Shown piece after piece: positions 31,001-56,265 of a stretch of 64,000 nt of DNA. The stretch lies in the NCBI RefSeq assembly GCF_009914755.1, contig NC_060935.1. One strand, 5' to 3'. Each line of letters starts with the position of its first letter. Position 1 is the stretch's first letter. A program made the translations under genes and the position numbers. The stretch comes from the human T2T-CHM13v2.0 reference genome, Homo sapiens. The notes beneath the pieces were generated by a model. It worked only from the letters and a program-made list of their open reading frames with translations. It ran no database searches and was not told where the DNA came from.

Positions 31001-32900
31001 TAATAAGAGTTTGTTATGCTAGGCCCGGCGCAGTGCCTCACGCCTGTAATCCCAACACTTTGGGAGGCCAAGATGGGTGGATCACGAGGTCAGGAGATCG
31101 AGACCAACCTGGCTAACATGGTGAAACCCCGTCTCTACTAAAAATACAAAAAATTAGCCAGGCATGGTGGCGGGCACCTGTAGTCCCAGCTACTCAGGAG
31201 GCTGAGGCAGGAGAATGGCATGAACCCGGGAGGCGGAGCTTACAGTGAGACAAGATTATGCCATTGCACTCCAGCCTGAGACTCTGTCTCAAAAAAAAAA
31301 AAAAAAGAAAAAGAAAAAAAAGAAAAAAAAAAGTTTGTTACGCTCATTCGTTCTACTTTCACATATGTTTGAAAACTTTAATAATAATGTTTCTTTAAAA
31401 ATTAAGAAACCAAACAACCCAATTTAAAAAAAAATCAATAAAATATTTGAACAAACACCTCACCACAGAATATATACAGATGGCAAATAAACACATGAAA
31501 ATGATGCTTAGCATCATTAGATATTAGGTAAATACAAATTAAAACCACAATAAATACTACTACACATCTATCACAATATCAAAAATTAAGAAGACTATAT
31601 CTAGTGTTGAGGAAGACATGTAGCACCTAGAACTCACATACACAGCTGGTGGGAACAATCTCCTTGGAATACAGTTTGGCAGTTATTTAAAAAGTTAAAA
31701 ATGATTCAGCCATTCCATTCCACTTACCCAAGAGGAATGAAACCACTTATCCATACACAAATGTTTATAGCAACTTTATTTATAATACTCAAAAAACAGA
31801 AATAACTCACATGTCCATCAACAGGAAAATGGATAAACTGTGGTATATCCATACAATGGAATACTACACAGCAATAAAAAGAAATGAAATACTGATGCAC
31901 ACAACAACATAAACTACAAAATAGTTAATGCTAAATGAAGAAGCCAGCTGGGAGAGAGGGATTATAAGGATACACAGGAAAACTCTGGGGGCTTACAGAT
32001 GTGTTCATTATCTTGCTTGTGATGCTAGTTTCACAGGTACATACTCATGCCAAAATTTATCAAATTATAAATTGTGTGGCTTATTGTGTATCAACTACAT
32101 AACAATAAAGCTATTTTTTTAAGTCAGTATAGTAGATTCCTTGAGTAAGAGTGAGGGCAGTAATGGCAGGGAACAAGAGGAATTTCTGGGATGCTGTTAA
32201 TGTGTTTCTTTACCTGGGTGCTAGTTATATGGATGTGTTTGCCTTGAAAATTCCTGAAGCTACATAATTATGACTTGTACTCTTCTCTGTACGTATATGT
32301 CAATTTTTCTAAAGCTTATTAAAAAGAAAATGAGATACTACTATATACTCACCAAAATGTCAGTCTTTTTAATTTTAGAGAATACTAAACTTTAGCAAAG
32401 ATATGAAGCACCTGGAACTCTCATACATTGCTGGTGAGAATGTCAACTGGTACAGTCACTTTGGAAAACTGGCTGTATCTACTAAAGTAGAACATACCAC
32501 ATGCCCGATGCCCTAGCAGTTCTACCCCCAGACATATACCAAAGAAAGATATGTTCATATGTCCACTTAAAGACACGTATAAAACCTTTGTTTAGAAGCC
32601 CTAGTCAAAAGTCATACAAAACAAGAATAGGAATTTTCTCTATCAGTATAAATTGTGATATATTCATTCAGTGGACACAATAAAGAATGAACTACTACTA
32701 CATGCAACAACATGCATGAAGCTTAAAAGCTGAATACTGAATGAAAGAAATCAGACACAGAAGGGTACATATTCTATGATGCCATTTAAGTTCAAAAATT
32801 AGAAATCCAAAAATAACAACTATTCTGATAAAAAAAAAAAAAAGTACTGGTTGCCATTGAAAGGTATGAATATTAACTGCTTCTGGGGCCCTGATAATGT
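28050..32900 (+). mobile_element. Cluster of ancient L1M (L1ME/MD-type) ORF2 and 3' fragments interrupted by Alus
   Basis: Decayed L1 motifs such as aaactgattctaaaatttata, atcaggaaagtgcaaatcaaacccaca, tgtggtatatccatacaatggaatactac. Alus at ~28958-29105, 29765-30000, 30029-30330, 31022-31330. Confidence 0.7.
31022..31330 (+). mobile_element. AluY
   Basis: ggagatcgagacc..ctggctaacatgg and gaatggcatgaacccgggaggcggagctt. TSD approximately agtttgttatgct / agtttgttacgct. Confidence 0.85.
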
Positions 32901-32921
32901 TCTTGGGGGATAGGGGATTGT

Positions 32922-33691
32922 TCTTTTTTAGAGACAAGGTCTCACTCTGTCACCAAGTCTGAAGCACAGTGGTGCGATCACAGCTCACTGCAGCCTTGAA
33001 ATCCTGGACTCACGTGATTCTCCTGCTTCAGTCTCCAAGTAGTTACGACTAGAGGCATGCGTCACCTCGCCTGGCTAATTTTTTTTTATTTTTTATAGAG
33101 ATGGGGCCTCATTATGTTGTCAGGCCGGTCTGAAACTCCTGATCTAAAGTGATCAATATGATCTGGCCTCACCAAGTGTTGGGATTACAGGCGTGCGCTA
33201 CCGCACCTGGCCTGCTGGTAATGTTCTATACCTTAATCTGGATAATAGTTTACATGAGTGTGTTCACAAAAATTTATCAAACAGTGTACTAAGGACTTGT
33301 CCATCTTACTATAAATAGGCTATATTTCAACTTTTTAAAATGTATTCCCCAAAATTTCAAGTCTACACTAAGCCAAAAGAGTTAAGAGAAATAATTTTTT
33401 TTTTTTTTTTGAGACAGTCTTGCTCTGTTGCCCAGGCTGGAGTGTGGTGGCCTGATCTTGGCTCCCTGAAACCTCTGCCTTCTGGTTTCAAGTGATTCTC
33501 CTGCCTCAGCCTCCTGAGTAGCTGGGATTACAGGTACCCGCCACGACGCCTGGCTAATTTTTTTTGTATTTTTAGTAGAGACGGGGTTTCACCATGTTGG
33601 TCAGGCTGGTCTCGAACTCCTGATGTCGTGATCCGCCCGCTTCAGCCTCCCAAAGTGCTGGGATTACAGGCATGAGCCACTTTGCCTGGCC
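32922..33691 (-). mobile_element. Two reverse Alus: AluJ (32922-33212) and AluS (33394-33691)
   Basis: Recognisable reverse dimers with T tails. Confidence 0.85.
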
Positions 33692-34209
33692 TAGAAGTAA
33701 ATAATTTAAATAATGCAACTGTCCTCTCTGACCACATCCTGTCCCCATACAGGAAATGCAAATAAGCCTGAAATAATCAATGCATACTGGCAAAATCTAT
33801 AGAAAGAATATGCTAATTATTTCAGAGGTTTCTCTACTATTGACAAGAAGTAAAAACAATGTTTACACAATCAAAAAGAGAGGATAGAAATATCTTTGTC
33901 TATATACTCAGAAAATAAGTTGAAAATTAATTGGGAGAACATTAAAGAGTAAGAAGAACTCAGAAGGATCATCTAAAGGGCAAATGTGATAAGTAACAGA
34001 AACAGGCAGTAAACTGGCTCTCTATAAATGGGCTCGATTTTCCCAAGCAGAGACACACTGGAGTATTTTAATTTCTGCATATGATTACTTTATAAAAATT
34101 TTAAAAATGCATTATTAGATACGTTACATAGTTTACATACATTATTATATAGGATTGTATAAACAAAACTAGTTATAATCTATTTGAGAGACATTTAAAG
34201 AAATTTTTC

Positions 34210-35888
<1,679 letters not shown>

Positions 35889-36114
35889 ATAGCGTATCAC
35901 AGACTTTCATCTCAATTTTATAAATATATATGTAGTGTACATGTATGAAAGTGTATTTGTAAAGGGCATCATAACTGTTGCTATTTCACAGGTTTGAAAG
36001 GATCAAACCAGATAACATATATAAAATACTCAGAGCATGGTACAAAGTAAGGATTCAATAAATGTCAGCTATCATTACTAGTATTTATTATACAGGCATA
36101 GAAAAAGCATTCAA

Positions 36115-36635
<521 letters not shown>

Positions 36636-37464
36636 TCAACAACTACTGATTGAACCAATGAATTAATTAGTTCTGTCTAGCTTTCAAGGAATAGGTGATT
36701 TTCTTCTAAGATTATCAAATCAAAAATAAAGGCAAACAGCTACAAAATTAACTATAATGAAATCAGAATTTCATTAAAAAATCTGACAAAGCCTAAAAGA
36801 GTCATGCCCCAATCTCTCATTATTTATAATGAGAATAAAAACAGTAGCAGCAATAGTGGTTACCATGTAGAAAATTTACTGTATGTTAATTTTTCCTTCT
36901 AACAATCTCCCATATTTTAAAATTTTTGCTACAAAGACAACTTTTACAATTTGCAGAAGGAAATAACAATTTTAGAATACTCCCCCACATATAAAGTAAT
37001 TGCTTAAAGGGTCAAAATTTTCAAACTGTATCAAATTATCTTTGTACATGAAAGAATAGTTATTAATTCTTATACAACCATAAAATGATACATCAACATA
37101 ATTTTTTCTTGTCACATTTTGTAATCTGGACTCCACTAAAGGTCTAAGTAAAATTAAAGAAGGAAATGCTTCAATTTCCCTAGGAAAAGCTCCATGTCAT
37201 CCACTAAAAGCATTATTACTCTTTATCAACACAGTCATAATGAGAACTAAATGCGTGATGAAAAATTAACCTTTCATAAACTGCAGAGAATGGGGCATAT
37301 AAAGAAGAATAAATCAACAAACTTGTAAAAAGTATTATTATTCATACTTGTAAATACTTTACAAATATAGTAAATAATGTCTCCTCCAGGTTTACAACCT
37401 TCTTTATAATGATTCAAAGGCAGCAAAGTGGGGGATCAAAATGAGACAGAAATAACAAGAAAAG

Positions 37465-37836
<372 letters not shown>

Positions 37837-37890
37837 TTAAGCCACGGAAAAGAAGTATACCTAGAATGGGACCTCCAATTTCAAGCTTAC

Positions 37891-37936
37891 CTGTGCATAC
37901 TCTCTTTCAATAGCAGCCTTCTTCTGACTGAATGTC
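37891..37936 (-). CDS. FCHSD2: FCHSD2 internal coding exon (46 nt, probably exon 3; N-terminal F-BAR/FCH domain)
   Basis: Minus strand reads ttttctttgtatttttAG|G ACA TTC AGT CAG AAG AAG GCT GCT ATT GAA AGA GAG TAT GCA CAG|GTaagc. Acceptor has a polypyrimidine tract and the donor is consensus. Peptide TFSQKKAAIEREYAQ matches the FCHSD2 sequence ...DLLEDMRTFSQKKAAIEREYAQGMQKL... as I recall it. Confidence 0.95.
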
Positions 37937-38084
37937 CTAAAAATACAAAGAAAAATTAATTACCAGAAGGATAACTTAATAATTTAATGTAAATCTATCA
38001 ACACACCTTCAAATACTGCCTGGTTAAGATATGTGAGGGAAAGGACAATATTTTATTCATCTTTATGTGCTTAGGAATACTGCT

Positions 38085-38330
38085 AACAGCCTGGTCTCTA
38101 CAGTCAGAGGATCTACATTCAAACCCCAGCTGTACCACTTACTAGCTGTATGACCTTGGCCAAGTCATTTGACTTCTCTCTTCCTCAGTTTCCTCCTTGC
38201 TAAAATGGGGATAATAACAGTACTCACCTCATAGGGATATTATAAAATTTAGTTACTTGAAATACATAAAGCACTCAAAATAGTGCCTACCACACAGTAA
38301 AACCTATATAAATGTTGGCTACTGTTATAA
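38085..38330 (+). mobile_element. MIR
   Basis: ttcaaaccccagctgtaccacttactagctgtatgaccttggccaagtcatttgacttctct..cctcagtttcctc..aaaatggggataataacagtactcacctcataggg. Confidence 0.8.
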
Positions 38331-38549
38331 GAATAGCTACTATATATTAGGCACTAAAGATGTTTACTGGACTTAACCAATGTAAGAGGGAACTAATGAA
38401 AACAATGTGAAAATCAAATTTTGATTGGCTTCTGAATATGAAAAATGCTCAAAATGTTTCCTTCACTCCAGTTTTTTATAAGCATTACAAAACAATGTAC
38501 AAGGCCACTACAAATTGTGGTATGATGAGAGCACACTTTCCATACATGT

Positions 38550-39035
38550 ATTATATTTCAAAGATTCTAAGGTATACCCTTTTCTTTTCTTTTTTCTTTT
38601 TTTAGAGATAGGGTCTTGTTCTGTTGCCTAGGCTTGAGTGCGGCGGTGAGGTCCTAGCCCACTGCAGCCTTTAATTCCTGGGCTCAAGAGATCTTCCCAC
38701 CTCAGCCTCCTAAGTAGCTGGGACTACAGGTGCACACCACCACATCTGGTTAATTTTTAAATACTTCTTGTAGAGATGGAGTCTTGATATGTTTCCCAGA
38801 CTGGTCTCGAACTCCTGGCCTCAAAGCAATCCTCCTGCCTTGGCCTCCCAAAGCATTGAGATTACTGGCATGGGCCAACGTGCTTAGCCAGTACATCCTT
38901 CACCTGTATTAACATTTATGATACTGGAATGCATCTTTTAATGATGATTGGCAGTATTTTCCTCCATCTTAATGGTATATAAAATAACAGTGTACCTTAC
39001 AAACATAGGCATTGTAGAGTCAACAAAATGTGGTA
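38550..39035. mobile_element. TcMar-Tc2 (MER104/Kanga-like) MITE interrupted by a reverse AluJ (38580-38890)
   Basis: Ends tatttcaaagattctaagg and tgtagagtcaacaaaatgtggta resemble Tc2-type TIRs. The Alu dimer is clear. Confidence 0.5.
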
Positions 39036-39477
39036 CTACTGACAATTTACCTTGAATATCCTGAGTTTAAAGACTTTACCGTTATGTGCCAGGAATCGGT
39101 GCTCTTAAAATCACTGCACCAGTGCAAAGACCAAAGACATAAGAGTAAGAAGGAGGAAAAAAAAAAAAAAAGGAAAGCACTGAAATAAAGAAAAAGTCAA
39201 GAAACCAAAATTCTCATCTTAAAAATCATTTAAATTCACCAAATGACTTGATTTCTTATATAAAAATATAACTGTTTAAGATCTTACTATATTTGTTTTG
39301 AGTAAATAATTTCTTAATTTCAAAATAACAAACGGAAGAAGTTTCACCTTAAACCTAAAGACTCATGCTTATTCAAGAGTGCTTCAAATGGCCAATACAA
39401 TAAAACGAAGACTAAGATTTTTTTTTAAATGTTTATTCAAAAAAAGTCTCCAGTGCATTCAAGGTTAAGCAATGAGA

Positions 39478-41189
39478 GAGGATTCTGGGAGATGGCAGCT
39501 TAGTAAACACCAGGAATCTGACTCCCAGGCTAGGTAACAATTGCACTGGCAGAATGAATCATGTAACCATTTTGGAACTAGGAGTCAACTGAAAGAGAGG
39601 GGATGACCACTGTTGTTGCACTTCCCTCAACATTGATGCAAGTTCCTCTCCTGACTGAAATGACTTTCGGAGGATTTAAAGAACTGATGCCTCTTCCTTC
39701 TCCCTTAATTTTTCTCTTTTTCCCCTTTTGAGAGCCAGATCTTGAAGAGTAAGACATTCTAACGCAACCACATTTAAGGGAGAAATTGAAAAGTCACCAC
39801 ACAAACCCACGGGAAGGTGCAGGTTCACAAAAGACTTCAGAAGACCTGATTTTAACACTTCAGGCACAGCTCAGTACAGACTACCTACAACATTTAAAAA
39901 CTTTTTAACTATTAAAAAAAAAAATCCCTGGGCAAGGAGGGGAATCTGATTAGCAGAGTTACCACAAATCTGGTATTCTGGTTCAAGTTGATGTTTAAAA
40001 AAAAATGAGAGCAGAGTTACCACATTATTACATTCAAATCTCCAGTTTTCAACAAAAATCACAAGGCATGCTAAGAAGGGGAGAAGTATGGCCCATTCAA
40101 AGGGGAAAACAAGCCAATACAAATTGTCCCTGAAAAAGAATTGATGGCAGATCTACTAAACAAAGATACTAAAACAATGGTTTTAAAGATGTTCAAAGAA
40201 TTAAAGGGCAAAATGGTAAAACTAAAGAAAACTATGTGCGGGCAAAATGTAAATATGAAAAGAAAGCAGTGCTACGGGGGAAATTTATAGCTTCAAATAC
40301 TTACATTATTTTACAAGATGAGGCTGGGCTCAGTGGCTCACGCCTGTAATCCCAGCACTTTTGAGAGATAGAGGTGGGTGGATCACTTGAGGCCAGGAGT
40401 TTAAGACAGGCCTGGCCAACATGGCAAAACTCCGTCTCTACTAAAAATACAAAAATTAGCTGGGCGTGGTGGTGCGTGCCTGTGGTCCCAGCTACTCGGG
40501 AGGCTGAGGCAGGAGAATTGCTTGAACCCAGAGGTGGGGGTAGCAGTGAACCAAGATAGGACCACTGCACTCCAGCCTGGGAAAGAGAGTGAGACTCCAT
40601 CTCAAAACAAACAAACAAACAAAAAACAAAAGATCAATCTCAAATCAACAGCCTAACTTTACAACTTAAGGAACTAGAAAAAGAACAAATTAAACCCAAA
40701 GTTAGCAGAAAGAAGGAAATATTAATAATAAAGATTAGAAAAGAGATAAACAAAGACAGTAGAAAAATAACACAGAAAATCAATGAAACCAAAAGTTGGT
40801 TCTTCAGAAAGATCAACAAAATTGACAAACTTTACCTAGGACTTAGGTGGACTTAGGAAAAAAGGGAAAACACTAATTACCAAAATCAGAAATGAAAGTG
40901 GTGAACACTACTACTGTTCTATAGAAGTAAAAAGACTGTACAGAGTATTATAAGCAACTGTACACCAGCAAATTAGATAAATTAAATGAAAACAGGAAAT
41001 TAATCCAAGTGTCCCAGAAATGAATAGATAAATACAATGTGGTATATACAATGAAATATTATTCAGCTTTAAAAAGGAAGACAAATCTGATATATGCTAC
41101 AATATGGATGAACCTTAAGAATATTATGCAAGGTGAAATAAGTCAATCAAAAACACACAAATATTGTATGATTCCAATTATATGAGGTC

Positions 41190-41190
<1 letters not shown>
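39478..41190 (+). mobile_element. Old L1M fragments (5' region, ORF1/ORF2 and 3' pieces) with an AluSz-type insertion at 40322-40630
   Basis: aagcagtgctacgggggaaatttatagc, aaaatcaatgaaaccaaaagttggttcttcagaaagatcaacaaaattgacaaac, aatatggatgaacctt. Confidence 0.7.
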
Positions 41191-42647
<1,457 letters not shown>

Positions 42648-43459
42648 TACATACGTGTGTGTGTGTGCGTTTGTGTGTGTGTACTAAAATAGTAATGAAA
42701 GTTTTCTCTGGGTCATGGTATTATAGGCTTCCTTTACTTTCTTCTTTTGCTTTCCATAATTTCTGGTGTTTTAGTAAACATATAATGTTTGAAAAAAAAG
42801 TCCTTTTTAAAAAAAATGCACATTCATAAACATGTACACACACTTTTTTTACACTCATGTTGTTTTTCTAAAATTGGACTAAGAAATTATTATGACCAGC
42901 ACTACCAAATGTTATCTCCCTACCCACTACAAATACCCAAGCAAAAGAGACTAACTAAAATGAACTAGTTCACACTTTCACCATTTAAAAACCTCTAAAA
43001 AGCCTATCTATATATTTTGTAGAAGGTTGGATTTTTTTATATTTCACAAAAGATAAAAGGAAATATTTAAATTATGTATTTTTTACCCTTTTAAGTTTAT
43101 ACATAACTCATTTTAAAATAAGGACATTCACGTGAAGTCCACAAGAAAAAGGAATAGCTTTTGTACCCTTGATGTGCATATCAACTAATTTAAATATTCT
43201 CAGTGGCATTTTTAGTTGTTAGTAAAAAGTTACTTGTCTACCAACTAATTTCCTGTTTTAAAGCAAAAGACAAATCTGGGATAACAACTACTCAAAATTC
43301 ACATAATAAATATTTGGAAATCTATTCATTATAATGTATCATATATATATCAAGAGAGCACAGCAGAAGAAACCTGATAATCTCCATGTAAGATGAAAAG
43401 GCATTTGCTAAAATTCTGAATCAATGTCTCATAAAACTTTTAAATGATATTAATGGATG

Positions 43460-43985
43460 CTATAATAAAACAGACAGTAACAAGTATTGGTAAGTATGTG
43501 AAGAAATCAGAACTCTCATAGCGTTAGTGGAAAAGTAAATGGTGCAGGTTCTGTGGAAAACAATCTGGGAATTCCCAAACTGGTTAAACACATCATTAGC
43601 ATATGATCCAACAATTCTATTCCTAGGTGTATATCCATGAAAACTTAAAACACATGTCCACACAAAAACTGGTAAATGAATGTTCACAGCAGCATTATTC
43701 ATAATATCCAAACAGTACAAACAACCCACATGTCCATCAACTGATGAATGTATAAACAAGATGTGGTATATTTATATAATGGAATGTTATTCAGCCATAA
43801 GAAAGAATGAAGTACTGATACATGCTACAATATGGATGAACCTCAATAACATTACGCTAAGTGAAAGAAAACGGATGCAAAAGGCCATATATTTTAGAAT
43901 TTCATTTATACAAAGTGTCTAGAATAAGCAAGTCCAGAGAGACAAAAAGTAAATTAGTGGTTGCCAAGGCCTGGGAGATTGAGAA
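43460..43985 (+). mobile_element. L1MB-type 3' fragment
   Basis: atgttcacagcagcattattcataata...tgtccatcaactgatgaatg...gaagtactgatacatgctacaatatggatgaacctc. Confidence 0.8.
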
Positions 43986-44357
43986 AAACTTTGCCATTAA
44001 TCCAAAAGTACAGTATTTTTATTTAACTAGATAAGCATTTTCATACAGAAAAATGAACATGTAAAAATAGCCATAAAAATTCCGAGAAAGAGTAATATTT
44101 TTTTAAAAAGCCTACCCTTATCAGATGTTAAAAATTAATTTTAAAGTAACAGTAATTAAAATAGCTTGGTAATGGAACATAAGTAGACAGAGATAATAAA
44201 ACAAAAGTTAGTAATCAGGAATATACCTAAATATATCTACAAATTTAGTAACTGAAAATTCTCAGGGAAAAAAGATGAATTATCAGTAAATTGTGTTGGG
44301 ATAACTTGATAGGAAGATCTAATGTTAAGTAAACAAAAAATGTACAGAATAATGTAA

Positions 44358-44719
<362 letters not shown>

Positions 44720-44951
44720 TACAATACTTCTTAATTACAGCATTTCCTCACGTCAAAAACTGTCCTGTGCAAAAATGCCTACTCTGGTTCCCTTAGAAAT
44801 CACTGTGACAGAACTCCCTAAAATATTACATGAGACTAGCCTAACAAGGGCTCCACATGGAGAAACTGGCAGTATTAGTAGAAGAAAGACCTTTTACTAC
44901 ATTCCTGTTTGTACTATTTGAATGTAAACTATGTGCATATATATAATGCAT

Positions 44952-46636
<1,685 letters not shown>

Positions 46637-46997
46637 GCATCTTCTAACATAGCATCTGCTTTAAGTATTGTGACTGTCTATGAATTGACTATGGAGCTCC
46701 TTGAGAGCATTTAAGTATACTCTGTATCTTAGTATTTATATGTTTGGCACAGTGACTGAACATTGTAAAAAGTTCAAAAAATGTTTGCTGAATGAATGAC
46801 TGAAACAATAGACAAAAACTACATAATCAGTTTTCAGACTCTTCATAAATTTGATTAATAGCTCAGTAGGTTAGCTCCTGAGACACACAGAACCAAGATC
46901 ACAATCTACATCCACATGGACCAATCAAGTTTCTTGACTTTGGTCACATTATATCAGTTAAAACAAGCATTTTGTGTATATCAAATCAAGGAGGGCA

Positions 46998-47700
46998 TCG
47001 GAGTATACAGTAAAGGATTAACCCTACCCAAAGACAGGTCTTACCTTTGTCTTTGGCTTCTGGGAGGTAATCTCTAAGCCCTTGGAATATCTTGCCTGAC
47101 ACAAGTGTTTCTGTCTACCTGGGGACCTTGTGCCACACCAAATAGTCTATGCTAACAATGTGATTTCATCAGGGGTGGGTGGGATGATGAGCCTTGGGTC
47201 ACTCAGTATCATCTCAACCTCTGGAGAGGCTGGAGGCTAAGGCCAGCCGCATGAGTAGTAATCATGTCTAAGTGACTGAACCGCAATAAAAACTGCATAC
47301 CAAGACTCAGGTAGGCTTTCCTAATTGGCAAGACTCTGTGCATACTGTCACACATCATTGCAGAAGAAGTGAACACTGTACAGTTCCACAGAGGACAATG
47401 GGAAGCTCTGACTGGAACTCTCTTAGACCCTGCCCTGTACACCTCTTCCCTTGGCTGATTTTAAACTCTACTCTTTAGCTATAATAAATCATAACCTTAC
47501 TGAGTAAACTTTCAGTGAGCTCTGAGAGTCCTGGCAAATTATTGAATCTAAGGTGGTCTTGGGACCCACAAAATTGCAAGTCGTGTCAGAAGTAAAGGTG
47601 GTCTTGGAGACCTCCAACCTTGAAGTTGGTGTCAAAGTGAAGGAGGTATTAGGGATTCTCGAACTTACAGCTGGTGTCAGAATTGAGAGCTGTCTTAGAA
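46998..47700 (+). mobile_element. MER21-type LTR
   Basis: gtaaaggattaaccctacccaaagacaggtc...ctgggaggtaatctctaagcccttggaat...gcaataaaaactg...gtggtcttgggaccc. Confidence 0.7.
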
Positions 47701-47802
47701 GAGCTGTAATGCACCCATTTAAATTCATCACCAAGATAAGCAAAATCCCTAAGAATGTTCAAATTACCAATGGTGGTAGTGAGGATGGGGTATTGATGAT
47801 TT

Positions 47803-48425
<623 letters not shown>

Positions 48426-50413
48426 ATAAAGATAAACAAATCTACCAGAATGGTAAAAATTAGACTGAACTATAGCAATGAGGATAAAGGGCAATGGAAC
48501 TCTAACATGCCATTGGTGGGAATGTAAAATGGTACAACCACTTGGGGAAAAGTCTGGTCTTACATAATTAAACTTACATTTATTTTGATATAACAATTCC
48601 AATACTAGTTATATACCAAGAAAAATGAAAACGTGTCCACAAAAACACTTTTACAAAAATATTTATACCATCTTTAGTCATAAATAGCCAAAAACAGTCC
48701 AGTTGTCCATCAATGGGATCATGGATAAACAGTAACATATTTATTCTTAAATAGAGTAAAGCTCAGTAACAAAAACAAATGAACAAGATGACCACTTCAT
48801 TTTTGCTACGATACTTGACCCCTGTTATTTTATAAATGACACTGCTTAAATATACCTCATATTAGTATATAAAAATATTTATAGCATGGGCAGCAAACTT
48901 GTGTAAGGGAACTAGTGCTTTTATTATCAGCAAATTGATAATTGTTTAATAAAGAAATATCTTAATTTTGTTCTGGAATACAGTGGCTGTTTGTAAAGGT
49001 ATTATTACAGTGAATACTGCAATAGCACTAAAATGATGACCTGAGAATACAAACAAAAATATTTTTTAACGAGGCAAGCGGAACGAACAACTGAAGCTAT
49101 GTTGTAAGTCTGGCAGAAAGCAAATTATTTGGCTCCTAATAAAAAATATTAATTCTCTAACATCCATTGAATATCTTCTGGATTTCAGGAATTCTACTAA
49201 ATATGCAATGAGAATATAAAGATGAATGAAACACAGACCCTGCTCTCAAGGGATTCATTTGAATACAGTATAAACAGATGATGCCAAGGCCCACAAATGC
49301 TATAGTCATAGAATGAAAATTAGAAGTGTTCTTATTTCTTATTAATTAGGTGACCTTGAGCGAGTTAACTTTCCTGACTGTGCTTCAGTTTCCTATCAAT
49401 AAAATAAGAATAAAAAGAAAACCTACCTCATAGGTATTATGAGGATTAATTAAGTACATATTTATAAAGGACTTGGGATAAACTTGGCACACAGCAAATG
49501 TATTAAAGTATTTGCTAAATAAGTGACAATATCACATTCCACAGCTTATAAATATGAAATCTAATTCAGTTTTAACATTTTCAGTAAATGAATGTGCAAA
49601 ACACTAACGAAAAATACATCTTAACTACTTCTCATCTTAAATAACAAAGTCAGACTCTCCCCTCTCCTCCAGTCAGAAATCACCCAAAAGAAACAAAGAG
49701 AGTAAGAAACATAACTGGAAATATGATCTCCAATAAAACTAGGAAACATATGTATGGACATATAAGGGAATGATATGCTATAAGGAGAGACAACTTGGAA
49801 TAAGAGGAGAAAGGTAAGGCATAAGGCTCCAAAACTCAAAGCGGGAGTACCTTTGTACAAGCATACTTCCTGAGGTAGTAAACTTAAATTCTGCATTTGC
49901 AACAACAAAAGCAGGGAACATGGGCTGGCAGAGGAAGCTTTCCTGTTCATAGTTTGAAGAAGTAGAGGAGACAGAACTAAATAAGGAATCACACAAACAA
50001 GCCACGCTGGCAGAAACTGAGTTGCTGGTGTGGCAAAAAGATAGTGAGAGAGCCTACACTATGAACAGCCCTGCAGCAGCAATCTTCACTGACTGGCTGA
50101 GGATTAAAAAAAAAAAAAGTTATGCACAAAACCTGCTCACAAACAAAATTGCTGTAAATTTGAAAGACACAACCCTGAGCTACCAACATCTAATATCCTA
50201 AAGTGCTATAGAAAAAAACAAAAAACAAAACAAAACAAAAAAACCTTCTCATTCAAAAATAAACCACCATAAAGGAAGAAGGAACGAGGTATCTAAACAG
50301 ACGTAAAATTTTTAAGAGAAGAAGAAACAGAACAGGAAAAACATGGTAGCAGAAGGACACCCATGAGCAAAAAAATGCTGTCATGAAAGAGATAATATGT
50401 AACCAAATATTTA

Positions 50414-50809
<396 letters not shown>

Positions 50810-50819
50810 TCAAACACAA

Positions 50820-53865
<3,046 letters not shown>

Positions 53866-54524
53866 GCCCAGGCACCCCTGAGCAGTCAGGCGTTAGGCTT
53901 AGCGGCGCTCACCACCCTGGTTCTTCTGCACCCTCGGTCTGGTTGGGGCTGTCAAGCCGGACCAAAAAGGCTGTTTCCCCGTGGTTTCCAGAGAGTGACT
54001 GCTCCAGCGGGGCTGTGGCTAGAAAGAGTGCGAAGGGAAGCCAGGAGAGGCGGCACCACCATTTTCTTCCCACCTCACCTTCCTTCACTGGCCTCTCGGT
54101 CACTCCGAGGGGACTTTCGGCACTTGCCTCTGCCCGTCCCTATCCCCCACTAATGAGGCCTTTCCCGAGCTCTAAGTTTCCCCAGAAGATGTGCCGTTTG
54201 TCATAGAAGCACTCACAGCATTTAAGTGCTAATCTTCAACCGCTGCCTTCCCTGACGCACCCCGGAAGGCGTGTTCTTGGCTTGACACTTCTCAGCCCTT
54301 CCGCTTCCTACAGTGGCTGTGACACCCCGCTAATCCTCACTGGAAACATGTGCTGCCCCCACCACTCTTCTCACTCCAGCTCTCTTTGTGAACACACCCT
54401 CTGTTTCAGAATCCCACCTCCTTGTCACCAAAATGTACCAAGGACCATTCCTCTTCGCGTCCCTTCCTCCCTTCTCAAGAAAACCCTTCTCCTATTAACA
54501 ACAACAATTAACAGAGTGCCTTAA

Positions 54525-54917
<393 letters not shown>

Positions 54918-55637
54918 TAGGCAGAAATGAAAAAACTGAGGCACAGAAACGCAGCTTGGATGTGGTAATGTTGAAATTCGAATCTATTGGGTAGCTGACT
55001 CTAAATCTGGTGCTATTATCATTCGTTTCTCTTTCCCAAATACTGGGCATTCCTTTTTTTAGATGCTTCTACGTGGGATTTTTTTTTTTTTCCTTAATGC
55101 TGTTTAGAGGTCCTTCTTGAGAAATTTGGCTTCTGTCTGACAACCCTTTTCTCAGAGCTCTCCTCACACAGACCCTTGTTTTTTACCAAGTGTCTAAGCT
55201 CTGAGCTTAATATTTTGCATGCCCAAAATGTGCTTATGCTTCCTTTAAAAAGTACCTCTAAACCAGTACCCACTAACCAGTCCTCTTCCTCTACCTCAAT
55301 ATGATGCTCATTATCATTATCACTGTTCCCAGCAAACATCTGAGATAATTGGGGTTTCAAAGAACCCTGAGGTTTAGTTCCGACCTGAAGGAGAAACATG
55401 ACATTTATTCATAAAAAGGCCACATAAAATAGCAGATAAATGCCATCTCAGTTGCACAGAAAATAGATTGCATAAGAGCAACTTTGGGCAAATCAGATAA
55501 GTGCTAGATTTGTTTATTCATCTGTAGAATGTTAAGGTTAGGCTACATCACTAAAACATTGTAAATCTAAGTTCAGAGAAAGGAGTGATAACTCTGTACT
55601 GAGGTGGGAACTACTGAGGGAGGTAAAGGCTGTACTC

Positions 55638-56045
<408 letters not shown>

Positions 56046-56071
56046 TAGAAGAAGCCAGTCACCAAAGGCCA

Positions 56072-56265
56072 ATGTATTAGCAGGGTTCTCCAGAAAAACA
56101 GAATATATTGTGTCTATGTATGAAAACAGATTTGCTTTCAAGGAATTGGCTCACAAGATTATGAAGGCTAGCAAGTCCAAAATCTGCAGGGTAGGCCAGA
56201 AGCTGCAGACCCAGATAAAATCCAATGCTACAATTGAAGTTTGAAGGCCATCAGGCTGAAGACCA
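56072..56265. mobile_element. MLT2-family LTR fragment
   Basis: tgtattagcagggttctccagaaaaacag...aaggaattggctcac..gattatgaaggctagcaagtccaaaatctgcaggg. Confidence 0.75.

Noticed and set aside
49621-50189. Cluster of minus-strand ORFs (123, 75, 66 aa)
   Set aside because: Low-complexity L/S/F-rich translations of a purine-rich plus strand, with no recognisable domain or splice sites; probably ancient repeat-derived.
53909-54206. ORFs in the GC-rich insert (64 aa minus, 87 aa plus)
   Set aside because: Both use non-ATG starts. The only good ATG frame (MVVPPLLASLRTLSS...) stops after 36 codons and I do not recognise a parent protein, so no CDS or gene symbol is assigned.
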